NCBI GenBank assembly: GCA_036146215.1
Contig: JAYYJN010000130.1
Coordinates: 1 to 58,564 of the forward strand
DNA: 58,564 bases
DNA from: Planctomycetota bacterium
GTDB lineage: Bacteria; Planctomycetota; Planctomycetia; Pirellulales; UBA7805
Direction: 5' to 3'
The translations under genes and the position numbers were made by a program. Under the pieces are notes generated by a model, which saw only the letters and a list, made by a program, of their open reading frames with translations, did not search any database and had not been told where the DNA came from. Shown in pieces: positions 36,872 through 45,873 of the stretch. How positions within the stretch are numbered: the stretch's first letter is position 1; the number at the start of each line of letters is the position of its first letter.

Positions 36872-37210
36872 ATGTCCAATCGAGCTGCTTCTATTTTGTG
36901 CGCTTGGTTCGGGTCGTAACGATCGTAGGACTTTCTTTCGTTGCGCAGCAGCAACACGTGTTGCAAAAAAACAACGCGGATACCCCTCGCGTGGTAGTTT
37001 TGAGTAGCGTGGATTCGATTTTGCGCGCACCAATTCGATTGATGGGTGCTGCGCGACAGGATGCTAGGGCACGATCGGCCTCAGTTTTCCTGCAGTGGAT
37101 CTTCGTTAATTGGCCAATTTTGCGAGTCGGGCAAATCGTGGTATACGGGGATTCCCTGTCCCGCGGAATTGCACCACCCGTTTGTCGAAGCATGCTGGAA
37201 TTGACGGATC

Positions 37211-39769
37211 ATGTCGGCTGCCACCAAACTCCAAAACGCATCCCATCGCCGGTCCGGTGCCCAAAGGGTTCTGGCTGCACTTGCGTTGTTGCTGGCGTTT
37301 TCAGGTTGCCGTAGTTTTTATGACCAATCGACCCCTCCTCCGCCTGCGGTAGGTGGTCCCGGTGCGGTGAGTATTCCGTCGGTGGATGGAATCGCACCGA
37401 TTGCTCCGCCTCCTCCTCCGCCAGGCCCGGGCGCGGTGCCCCCTTCGACTCCACCAGACCCCCCACGATTCGGGTTGTTTGACTCCTTCGGTCGTGGTGG
37501 TGTGGCAGACGCTCGGCTGACGCTTTCTCCGCAATCCATTGTTGCGCCCGTCGGAAGCGAAGTCGTGTTGATTGGTGGCATTACCAACAATCAAGGCAAG
37601 GGTGCGGTGAGTGAGCGCATTGATTGGATGCTTTCACCAGAGAGTGTGGGCGAGTTTATGACAGTTGATAAGAGCCCGAGCTGTTTACTCTTGAGATTTC
37701 CTTCCAATCGTCCACGCAAGGTTACCAACAATTATGCCATCAGCAGCACCACGACCGCTCGCAAGGCCATCAACCGTGGGACCGCCACACCTCAGGACAA
37801 CGTTGTGATAGAAAGGGGACAAACCTGGGTGACTGTCAGTTCTCCAACCGACGGTGTGAGTTATGTGACCGCATTTGCCCCGAATGTTCCAGCGTGGGAA
37901 TTAAGAAAACAGAATGCCACAATTTATTGGGTAGATGCCCAGTTTTCCTTCCCGGCCCCCGCCATCGCTCCGATTGGAGAACGTCATACTTTTACCACGG
38001 TTGTGACGCGACTCAGCGATGGATCACCATTAGAGGGCTACGTGGTTCGTTATCGTTCGACCGATGGCAATGCGGTGTTCGCGCCCGCCGGAAATCCAAT
38101 GGTTGAAATGCTGACTGACGCCGAAGGAAGAGCATCCGCCGAAATCTATCAACCGAATCCAGGTCGTGGGAACACCCAAATTCAGATGGAAGTGATTCGT
38201 CCAGCTGGCAGGAATAATGCGGCTGATCGTCGCTTGGAGGTGGGTCGGGGTGCGACTTCAATGACATGGACCGCACCTGGCGTTTCGCTTGATGTGACCG
38301 GCCCACCCAGTAGTTCAGTCGGTTCGCAGGCAAGTTTTCAGGTCGTCGTTACCAATAACGGGGATATGCCACTGCAGGATGTCACGGTTTCGCATCGCGT
38401 CCCTGCACCCCTTGAGTTTGTAAACAGCAGCGTGCAGGCGACGCGCGATAGGGACAACTTGAAATGGAATATCGGCCAATTGGCGGCAGGTCAAACAGAG
38501 ACGATTATCATTGATTACAAAGTTCTCAGCTCGGGAAGTGCCCGGAATTGTTTTTCCGTAACCAGTGCGGAGCAAGTGCAGGATCAGGCTTGTATTGATC
38601 TGAATACCACCGAACCGCAACTGGAACTCAACGTTTCTGGACCGACCACAGCCATGGTGGGCCAGAGTGTCACATACCAGATTTCGATTACTAATCGGAG
38701 TCGAAGTCCGCTTTCTGGATTGATTGTCAAAAATACGTTTGACGACGGCTTGAAGCATGCAGTTGCCGCAAGTCCGATTGAGCGAGACTTGGGAACACTC
38801 GGACCAGGACAAACCCTAGATGACATCAGCGTAACTTTCCAAGCAACGCGGCCAGGGAAACTTTGCCAAACGGTCGAAGTGCTGAGTCTCGGGGCCACTG
38901 CATCGAAACAATCAATCTGTCTCACGGTCGATCAGCAGAAGCTTCAACCCGCCATGAAAATTGAAAAACGGGGACCGACTACTGCGAAAGTCGGTGAGAC
39001 TATTATCTTTGAAAGCCTAATTACAAATACGGGAAATGCGCCGCTCGAGAACGTGACAGTGATCGACACTTTCGAGCGCGGTTTGGAGCCGACTCGAGTT
39101 TCGGATGGTTATCAAATTGAAGAAGATCAATTGACGTGGAAGTTTAACCAGATTGCACCGGGACAAACAGAACGCCTGCAAGTAGAGGTGCAATGCAAAG
39201 AGGCGGTGCGTGCCTGCAGTCGTTTGACGGGCACGGCCGTTGGGGATCTGGTGATGGCGGATGAGGCGTGTGTGCAAATCATTCAGGCTACTGCTGCCCC
39301 TCCTGTGACCGGACCTCCCGTAACCGGCGGACCAACCGAACCCGGGACCGCGCCGCTTGCGCCGTCTGGTTCGGCTGAAAATGCTGAAGTGGGGGACGTG
39401 CTGTCATTGCGAGTCACCGACCTCAGAGATGAGGTCCCGATCGGGGGCACCGTCGTATACGAGGTCACGGTCACAAATCTTCAGAATGTTCCCGACGCAA
39501 ACGTTGTAGTCATCGTCACAGTGCCCGAGGGTTTAGCGCCCACATCGGGTGGAGTGGGAATTGTCGCTCCGAGCAATCCGAACATCGGTCAACGTGTCAT
39601 TCGCTTTAATCCGGTTGCGGAAATCCGCCCTGGTGAATCACTGATCTATCGTATTCCTATCCAAGCTGAGCAAGCGGGTCAGTTCCGATCTCAGATCCGA
39701 GTCACGAGCGATGGACAGCGACGGCCATTGATAAAAACCGAAGATTCGAGTGTTTTTCAGGATCGATAA
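37211..39769 (+). CDS. DUF11-repeat (OmcB-like conserved repeat domain) envelope protein, probable lipoprotein, with Pro-rich N-terminal spacer
   Basis: Lipobox-like LALLLAFSGC, then a PPPP-rich stretch. At least five repeats follow of the DUF11 pattern (VG..v.Y.i.vtN.g..pl..v.V.d....GL......). Most end in a Cys...Cys pair (NCFSV...QACIDL; KLCQTVEV...SICLTV; RACSRL...EACVQI). Confidence 0.7.
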   Translation: MSAATKLQNASHRRSGAQRVLAALALLLAFSGCRSFYDQSTPPPPAVGGPGAVSIPSVDGIAPIAPPPPPPGPGAVPPSTPPDPPRFGLFDSFGRGGVADARLTLSPQSIVAPVGSEVVLIGGITNNQGKGAVSERIDWMLSPESVGEFMTVDKSPSCLLLRFPSNRPRKVTNNYAISSTTTARKAINRGTATPQDNVVIERGQTWVTVSSPTDGVSYVTAFAPNVPAWELRKQNATIYWVDAQFSFPAPAIAPIGERHTFTTVVTRLSDGSPLEGYVVRYRSTDGNAVFAPAGNPMVEMLTDAEGRASAEIYQPNPGRGNTQIQMEVIRPAGRNNAADRRLEVGRGATSMTWTAPGVSLDVTGPPSSSVGSQASFQVVVTNNGDMPLQDVTVSHRVPAPLEFVNSSVQATRDRDNLKWNIGQLAAGQTETIIIDYKVLSSGSARNCFSVTSAEQVQDQACIDLNTTEPQLELNVSGPTTAMVGQSVTYQISITNRSRSPLSGLIVKNTFDDGLKHAVAASPIERDLGTLGPGQTLDDISVTFQATRPGKLCQTVEVLSLGATASKQSICLTVDQQKLQPAMKIEKRGPTTAKVGETIIFESLITNTGNAPLENVTVIDTFERGLEPTRVSDGYQIEEDQLTWKFNQIAPGQTERLQVEVQCKEAVRACSRLTGTAVGDLVMADEACVQIIQATAAPPVTGPPVTGGPTEPGTAPLAPSGSAENAEVGDVLSLRVTDLRDEVPIGGTVVYEVTVTNLQNVPDANVVVIVTVPEGLAPTSGGVGIVAPSNPNIGQRVIRFNPVAEIRPGESLIYRIPIQAEQAGQFRSQIRVTSDGQRRPLIKTEDSSVFQDR

Positions 39770-39785
39770 TCTAGTTGTGACTGGT

Positions 39786-40154
39786 TCAAGCGGGATCAAG
39801 TCGCAGCGGAACCATCCTTCCACGCTCCGTGGCCTTGCCAATCGTCAAACGGCCTTCCAGTGCTTGGCCGTGCAGCACAACCACTACTTGCAGCGCATCG
39901 TCCAAAACTGTTTTGTAGCTGCCCCATTCGTAACGCGAAACCGTTCCTCGCTGTTGAGTCAGTGGGCCCTCATAGTCGAGATATTCGAGGCGATGATTTG
40001 CAAGCGGTACAACGTCCAATCGGGTGCCGACGTCCAGCGGTTTCGGTAGTTCCCAGGTCGCCAGATGATCTCCATACTCCAGCATCAAATCCCAGTGACT
40101 CATCCGTGAGGATTTGGGTGGCAGTTTGTGATGGAGGATAACAAATCGAGGCAT
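39786..40154 (-). CDS. Small stand-alone LigD_N-like (DNA ligase D 3-prime-phosphoesterase-like) domain protein
   Basis: RFVILHHKL....SHWDLMLEYGDHLATWELPKPL....HRLEYLDYEGPL...RGTVSRYEWGSY parallels the FVIQ.H.A..LHYDLRLE..G.L.SWA.PKGP...DHPL.Y..FEG.IP pattern. Confidence 0.6.
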   Translation of the reverse strand: MPRFVILHHKLPPKSSRMSHWDLMLEYGDHLATWELPKPLDVGTRLDVVPLANHRLEYLDYEGPLTQQRGTVSRYEWGSYKTVLDDALQVVVVLHGQALEGRLTIGKATERGRMVPLRLDPA

Positions 40155-40187
40155 CTTCGCAGCCCATGCGAGAGTTGCGTTGGTGAG

Positions 40188-41504
40188 TTATAGAAATTTT
40201 AATAAGGCGTATCTCTTTTTGCCTGAGCGAAGCACTACCACCGTTTCGCTGGCAAGATCGTCCGGCCCAAGGCAATAGTCCAAGCTTTCAACGCGTGCAT
40301 TATTCACGTAAGCTCCCCCCTGATCCACGGTTCTTCGTGCGTCGCTTTTGCTTTTGGCGAGGCCCGCCTTACAGAGGGCGTCCACGATAGGAAGACCCTC
40401 ATCGACAAGGGTATCTCGCGGCAATTTTTCGCTGGGAACATCTGCAAAAATTTCTGTCAAATCCGAGTCGGACATCTCGGAGATGGCTGCCCCGAACAAA
40501 ACCTCACTTGCTCGTCGAGCACTGTCGAGCCCTTGCTGTCCGTGCACGAGTAGGGTCAGCGATTCGGCAAGGCGTTGCTGACTCTGGCGATTCTGAGGAT
40601 TGGTTCTGCGATCTTCATCGAGCACGCCAATCTCCTCCTCCGTCAATTCAGTCAGCAACCGCAGACATTTATCCACATCGGCATCATCGGTATTGAACCA
40701 GTATTGATAAAACGCGTACGGGCTAGTCTTTTCCGCCGAGAGCCAAATTGCTCCCTGTTCGGTCTTCCCCATTTTTGCCCCATCACTTTTTGTCAGTAAC
40801 GGACAGGTCAAACCATGCAGGGTTCCTGCACCCATCCGTCGACCAAGTTCAATTCCCGCCGTGATATTCCCCCATTGATCGCTGCCCCCGACCTGAAGGT
40901 TACACCCATACGCTTTCCGAAGGTGGACAAAATCGTAGGCTTGCAGCAGCATGTAGCTGAATTCCGTATAACTCATTCCCGCATCGCTTTGGTCGAGTCG
41001 GGCTTTTACCGACTCCTTGGCAAGCATTTGATTCACTGGAAAATGTTTGCCAACATCTCTCAAAAAAGTGAGATAATCCCACTCCTTCATCCAGTCATAA
41101 TTGTTGACCAGAATTGCCGGTCGATCCGAGTCAAATTCCAAAAACTGTGCGAGTTCATCCATGATCCCTCGAAGATTATGTTCAATCTGATCGGCGGAAA
41201 GGAGATTTCGCTCTTCACTTTTTCCACTCGGATCGCCGATCATGCCCGTTGCTCCGCCAGCAAGCACGATTGGGCAATGCCCCGCTTTTTGGAACCGTCT
41301 GAGCATCATCAGTGGGACGAAATTACCGATGTGCAATCCGTCCGAAGTGGGATCAAATCCGGCGTACACGGTTTGCGGACCCGCAGCCAGCAACGTTTGC
41401 AAGTTTTCTGGATCAGTCGTCTGATGAACCGAGCCTCGCCAATCAAGTTCTGCGTAGATATTTTGCAATGCGTCAGCTGCCACAGTCGAACCTCGTTTGT
41501 TCAA
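40188..41504 (-). CDS. tyrS: Tyrosine--tRNA ligase
   Basis: YAGFDPTSDGLHIGNFVPL (HIGH-type), GGATGMIGDPSGKSEERN, KMGKT (KMSKS-type), C-terminal S4-like domain. Confidence 0.95.
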   Translation of the reverse strand: MNKRGSTVAADALQNIYAELDWRGSVHQTTDPENLQTLLAAGPQTVYAGFDPTSDGLHIGNFVPLMMLRRFQKAGHCPIVLAGGATGMIGDPSGKSEERNLLSADQIEHNLRGIMDELAQFLEFDSDRPAILVNNYDWMKEWDYLTFLRDVGKHFPVNQMLAKESVKARLDQSDAGMSYTEFSYMLLQAYDFVHLRKAYGCNLQVGGSDQWGNITAGIELGRRMGAGTLHGLTCPLLTKSDGAKMGKTEQGAIWLSAEKTSPYAFYQYWFNTDDADVDKCLRLLTELTEEEIGVLDEDRRTNPQNRQSQQRLAESLTLLVHGQQGLDSARRASEVLFGAAISEMSDSDLTEIFADVPSEKLPRDTLVDEGLPIVDALCKAGLAKSKSDARRTVDQGGAYVNNARVESLDYCLGPDDLASETVVVLRSGKKRYALLKFL

Positions 41505-41582
41505 TCAGTCTGTCTCTGCGTATCTTGTCGTATGTACAATCGGATCGGTAGTGGGGTATGCGATCTGCGTAGGGACGAATTT

Positions 41583-42335
41583 CTAACGAAACAAGTCGTC
41601 ATCTGCAAAGGGATTGCCGGTGCCGCCGACTTTAGGCTTCGGAAGAATCTTGAGGATTTGCGCTGCCAATTTTAGATCTTGTCGTGTCGTGATTTTACGA
41701 TTCAATGGAGAGCCTTCTAACAGGGTTACAGGGTGGCCTGCACGTTCCACTAATTGGGCATCGTCGGTTGCAAAAAAACCATCGCGCTGCCCATAAGCCT
41801 GCAACAGCCAATCCCGGCGAAACACTTGTGGTGTTTGTGCTTCCCACAAGGAAGTACGATCGACTGTTTCGACCACCAGATTTGACCCGTCGCCCAATTG
41901 CTCAGCACGTTTCAGTGTTCCAGCGACTGGGATGCCGGGCAGCGCTGCCCCCGATCGGACACCCGCATCGAAAATTGTGTCAATCCATTCATCGACAATG
42001 CAGGGGCGTGCTGCATCATGAATGGCGATAAAATCTGCCTCAGCGTTAACATGAGTCAGTGCTTTCTCAACCGAATCGGCCCGCTCCGCACCTCCTTCCA
42101 CCAGATCAATCCCAAGGATGGCGACATTTGCCGAAAATTTCATTTCAAATGCGTCGCGATCCTCCGGTGCGATAATCAGAATGAGTTGAATTACGTCGTC
42201 CCGATTAAGAAATTTTTCAGCAGAGTGCAACCAAACAGCACGCCCGTCTAAACTGGCGAAAGGTTTTTTATAGTGCCTGTCTTTGAACCGTCGGCTTTTA
42301 CCGGCAGCGGGCATAATGACCGAAAATTTTGACAC
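41583..42335 (-). CDS. ispD: 2-C-methyl-D-erythritol 4-phosphate cytidylyltransferase
   Basis: FSVIMPAAGKSRRF, IAIHDAARP, VDRTSLWEAQTPQVF. Confidence 0.9.
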   Translation of the reverse strand: MSKFSVIMPAAGKSRRFKDRHYKKPFASLDGRAVWLHSAEKFLNRDDVIQLILIIAPEDRDAFEMKFSANVAILGIDLVEGGAERADSVEKALTHVNAEADFIAIHDAARPCIVDEWIDTIFDAGVRSGAALPGIPVAGTLKRAEQLGDGSNLVVETVDRTSLWEAQTPQVFRRDWLLQAYGQRDGFFATDDAQLVERAGHPVTLLEGSPLNRKITTRQDLKLAAQILKILPKPKVGGTGNPFADDDLFR

Positions 42336-42432
42336 GATTGCAGATTCCCCCTCGGCTAACTCTGACCTATCCTAGCATGCCTGGTATACCTTTCGGTAGC
42401 CGACCCATCCATGTCCGGAGCAGAATACCAGA

Positions 42433-42930
42433 CTAGGCATCCGAGACATCGGCATGCGGCGAGAGAGCAATCTGATGTCGCATCATCTCGGGAATGCAGT
42501 TTTGCAATCGCTCTACAATATTATTCCCACTCGGGGAAACCTGACCAATGATGCGGTAGTTTCCATCTTTTAACAACGCTTCCAAGTCGCGAAGTTGCTC
42601 GTCGAGCACAGACAGTATGTGCTTCAGTTGTGGTGGTTTAATTGGTGTGCTCTCGAGTCGCACGTTCCGCAGTCCGGGTATCCGCGTGACGCAAAAGAGT
42701 CGACCCTGCTCTGCTTTGTAACGTTCACCGTGAAGAAAAACTCGGCGCAATTGATGTTGCTCATTGAAGTGGTATGCGACTTCAGGATCAAAAAATAAGC
42801 TCAACGCGCCATTGTTTCGAAATCCAAAAACGACAGGATCGTTTTCGGGAGGCAGTTCTAATTTTGCCCGCTGAACGAGTGCCGTTGCGTCAGCGAGTAG
42901 GTCTTCCGCCTTTTCGAGGGATGGATCCAT
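42433..42930 (-). CDS. Hypothetical cytoplasmic protein (165 aa), no family recognised; 18 nt downstream of the M50 protease gene
   Basis: Clean ORF on the same strand and tightly spaced with 42949..43992. It has no TM segment and no motif I recognise. Confidence 0.5.
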   Translation of the reverse strand: MDPSLEKAEDLLADATALVQRAKLELPPENDPVVFGFRNNGALSLFFDPEVAYHFNEQHQLRRVFLHGERYKAEQGRLFCVTRIPGLRNVRLESTPIKPPQLKHILSVLDEQLRDLEALLKDGNYRIIGQVSPSGNNIVERLQNCIPEMMRHQIALSPHADVSDA

Positions 42931-42948
42931 GCGAACAAAAAAGCAGAT

Positions 42949-43992
42949 TTATTTCGGTGAACGTGAACGATAACGTTTTGCAGCCTCTTGCAAAACCTGT
43001 CGCTGCGCTTGGGTCAGTGACGCCAAACCGCGATCGTGGACACACTGCAGCACATCATCCAGTGCTGAGTCTGCTTTCTGGTTGTCTGCTTCATCCTTTG
43101 TGGGAAAAAAGGGTGCATGTTCATCGACAAACAGGTTGTCTTGTTGCGGCTGGTCCACTTCGAATTCTGTGTTTTGCAAAAGCACGGATGAATCTGCTGC
43201 AAACTCGCTTTCCCTTGCGATTTCACGATCCGAATGATTTACAGAATGGACGGATAGTGGAACGACAGAGAAGCAAAAGCAGTAAACAGCAAGAATAATT
43301 AATGGCAACCACAATGGCATGCTACCAATTGCTTGGTGATTTACTCCCGTCACAATTGCCAGCACAAATATTCCAAGGGAGGTTGCATGCGATGCCTTGC
43401 GGACGACGTGCCATGCCCGCTGATCGCCCATGGTCGGCCAGAGAAATGCATGCAGGCTCCATCCACCGTCAAAAGGCATCGTGGGCAGAAGATTCAAGAG
43501 CACGAGTCCTAAGTTGATCCAGACCGCTATTCGAAGCCCAACGATCGGTGCTGCTGCGGCAAAAAAATCATGTACACCATTACCCCAACCCCATAGACCT
43601 TCAATCGGCGAATCATCCAATAACCATAGTCCCCCGATCGAAAGGGCAAAGGCGAAAAAGCTTATCAGCGGTCCACTAAGTGCAACCCACAAATCTTTTC
43701 CAGCCTGTTGAGGAAACGAGTGAAAGCTCAAGCCTCCGAATGGCGTGAGCACCAGCATCTCATTGTTTCCTCCGATGCGGTGCACCATGAAGCAATGCCC
43801 CGCCTCGTGAAGCGAAACCGCAGCAAGCCATACAAGTAAGATTAATCCCGTGTTTCCTAAGGGATCGCCACCTGCTTGCAATCTAAAAAAGAAAACGAAG
43901 ATTGCGACTAGCAGAAATGAAATGTGTAGTCGGAGGGGAAGACCGTTATATCTTCCGAGCGGAACGCTTCCAACAGTGCTCATCGGTTGCAT
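42949..43992 (-). CDS. Site-2-protease-like (M50 family) intramembrane zinc metalloprotease with long acidic cytoplasmic tail
   Basis: HEAGH zinc motif within a TM helix (AAVSLHEAGHCFMVHRIGG). Multiple TM segments. The ATG at 43992 or 43983 is preferred; the ORF extends to a TTG at 44025. Confidence 0.7.
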   Translation of the reverse strand: MQPMSTVGSVPLGRYNGLPLRLHISFLLVAIFVFFFRLQAGGDPLGNTGLILLVWLAAVSLHEAGHCFMVHRIGGNNEMLVLTPFGGLSFHSFPQQAGKDLWVALSGPLISFFAFALSIGGLWLLDDSPIEGLWGWGNGVHDFFAAAAPIVGLRIAVWINLGLVLLNLLPTMPFDGGWSLHAFLWPTMGDQRAWHVVRKASHATSLGIFVLAIVTGVNHQAIGSMPLWLPLIILAVYCFCFSVVPLSVHSVNHSDREIARESEFAADSSVLLQNTEFEVDQPQQDNLFVDEHAPFFPTKDEADNQKADSALDDVLQCVHDRGLASLTQAQRQVLQEAAKRYRSRSPK

Positions 43993-44089
43993 CGGACTTT
44001 GCCATAAAATGCAAGGGATTGTCAATGCTGTATCGTAACAAGTACGATTTGAACCGGCAAATCGCGTTTGGTTTCAAAGGGGATACAGA

Positions 44090-44608
44090 ATGGAGTGTTC
44101 CGATCGTCAATTGTTACAAGCCAGAAAATTTCGTGTCGTAGAACGGACAGAGCAACGCGCTGCCGGACCCGTTCGACAGGAAATTATCCTCCATCCGGGT
44201 GCCGTGGCCATTATTCCGGTTGTCGCCGAGAATCGTCTTTGTCTAATTAAAAATCGTCGGATGGCAGTCGGTGAAACCTTGCTGGAGTTGCCTGCGGGCA
44301 CGCGGGAATCAAATGAATCTCCACTTGTTACCGCCGCGAGGGAATTACGTGAGGAGACCGGATTTACGGCGGATACGATGCTGCCCCTGGGCACGTGTTG
44401 GATGTCGCCGGGCATACTGCAGGAACAGATTTCCTTTTTTGTCGCACGCGGATTGACCGCGGGGGCCCCGGCACTCGAGGAGGATGAGCAGATTGAAAAT
44501 CAGATTCTCAATCAGAGCGATGCGTTAGAGATGATCCTCGACGGGCGGATTAAGGACGCAAAGACGATTGTAGGCCTGCTTCTGTTTGAACGGACTGAGA
44601 TGACCTGA
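44090..44608 (+). CDS. NUDIX hydrolase (ADP-ribose pyrophosphatase-like)
   Basis: Nudix box: LELPAGTRESNESPLVTAARELREETGF (G-x5-E-x7-REUxEExGU). Confidence 0.85.
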   Translation: MECSDRQLLQARKFRVVERTEQRAAGPVRQEIILHPGAVAIIPVVAENRLCLIKNRRMAVGETLLELPAGTRESNESPLVTAARELREETGFTADTMLPLGTCWMSPGILQEQISFFVARGLTAGAPALEEDEQIENQILNQSDALEMILDGRIKDAKTIVGLLLFERTEMT

Positions 44609-44639
44609 TCAAACCTTCAATGATGTACGCAGTAGCGTG

Positions 44640-45662
44640 TCACGAAATTACAGTTTTTGAAGGTTGCTTCGGTCCCTTTTGATAAAGTTTTTCGATCAAT
44701 AGTTGGGGCGATCCGTTTATCGATTGCGGCGGCTTGCGATGCCAATGGCGATCGGTCGGCAGTAGCGTGGGGTCGGCAGGCCAGGATGCGAGCGGTTCAT
44801 ATCCCAGGACCCGTTGAAGCTTACCCGAATCGAGTGACACATTGCCTGCGCGCGGTGGCACCGGACCCGCCTCTTTCCGGTAACAACCACGCAGTAATTC
44901 TGGATCGTAGCCACCGACACAATTGACGATCTGTGCAATCTGATAAAGGCTTAATCTACGCGCACCGCCGGCGTGAAAAAGTCCCCTAAGATTTCGGCAG
45001 AACGCTGCTTCATATAAATGGTTCATGCATTCGGTGTAACTCGGGGTCCGAATTTCGTCAAAATAAAGTGTTGCGGGTCGACCATGCTCAAACCGCCATT
45101 TGATCCAGTCAATCGCTCCGGCATGCCCGCTGTAACTGACACCCATCGGAAGCGAAATCCGCAGAATGCAAGCTTCGGGTCGAGCCCATAGAATCAACCG
45201 CTCTGCAGCAGCCATCGAGTGTCCGTATTCGGTCACCGGATCGGTGGCGTCTACCTCGCGATGCAATCCCTGGCCACTGCCAGAAAAGACGAGATCAATC
45301 GAAAGGTGAACCAAGCGAATGTCGGTCCCCTCAATGACGTCAAGTAAATGCCGAATACCTTCAACGTTGGTCCGCCATGCTAGCGACGGGTCGAGTTCAC
45401 ACGATTTTAGGGCACAGTTTCCGGCACAGTCCAGCACCGACTTAAACCCGTACCGATCAAAAAGTCGCTTGAGAGTATCTTTATCTTCCGCATCGCACGG
45501 TTCGATATCAGGGCCCACTAACGGCCACTTGTTTTTTTGCCGGATTCCGACCACCTGACCGGGAAATCGCGTGCGGAAATAGTTTAGGGCATTGTATCCG
45601 GCGACACCGGCGACACCGGTGATTAAAAGCGGCAAAGGAAACTGTGAGTCGGAGCTATCCAT
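44640..45662 (-). CDS. RmlD-like / extended-SDR NAD(P)-binding protein, apparently lacking the catalytic Lys
   Basis: LLITGVAGVAGYNAL Rossmann motif. The region PVTEYGHSMAAAERL aligns by eye to RmlD P.N.YGKTKLAGE, so YxxxK becomes YGHSM. The ATG at 45662 is chosen; the longer ORF to 45875 overlaps the divergent gene. Confidence 0.7.
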   Translation of the reverse strand: MDSSDSQFPLPLLITGVAGVAGYNALNYFRTRFPGQVVGIRQKNKWPLVGPDIEPCDAEDKDTLKRLFDRYGFKSVLDCAGNCALKSCELDPSLAWRTNVEGIRHLLDVIEGTDIRLVHLSIDLVFSGSGQGLHREVDATDPVTEYGHSMAAAERLILWARPEACILRISLPMGVSYSGHAGAIDWIKWRFEHGRPATLYFDEIRTPSYTECMNHLYEAAFCRNLRGLFHAGGARRLSLYQIAQIVNCVGGYDPELLRGCYRKEAGPVPPRAGNVSLDSGKLQRVLGYEPLASWPADPTLLPTDRHWHRKPPQSINGSPQLLIEKLYQKGPKQPSKTVIS

Positions 45663-45873
45663 GGTAAAACCGTGGATGATCAGGGGGAACAAGACGGTGC
45701 GATCGTAACCTAGGCGAGTCAGCATAGCTTGCACTGCTGCCAGCATACCAGAGGGAACCGGCAGTCTCACTTGACCTGTGATGGTGCTGGCCTTATTATC
45801 TCGCTCCCGCTCCGAGGCATCGACGCTCGGAATTGCTATCTCTCGGTTGAAAACGGTTGAAGGAGGAACCGTC

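Noticed and set aside
36868-37314. 148-aa plus-strand ORF overlapping the start of the DUF11 lipoprotein gene
   Set aside because: It has no motifs and overlaps the better-supported 37211 start, which has a signal/lipobox. The region 36872-37210 is more likely promoter/leader. It also contains a 14-bp palindrome GCAACACGTGTTGC followed by an A-run, whose function I cannot assign.
40815-41675. 286-aa plus-strand ORF
   Set aside because: It lies entirely antisense to tyrS (40188..41504), whose identity is unambiguous (HIGH/KMSKS motifs). It has no recognisable motifs.
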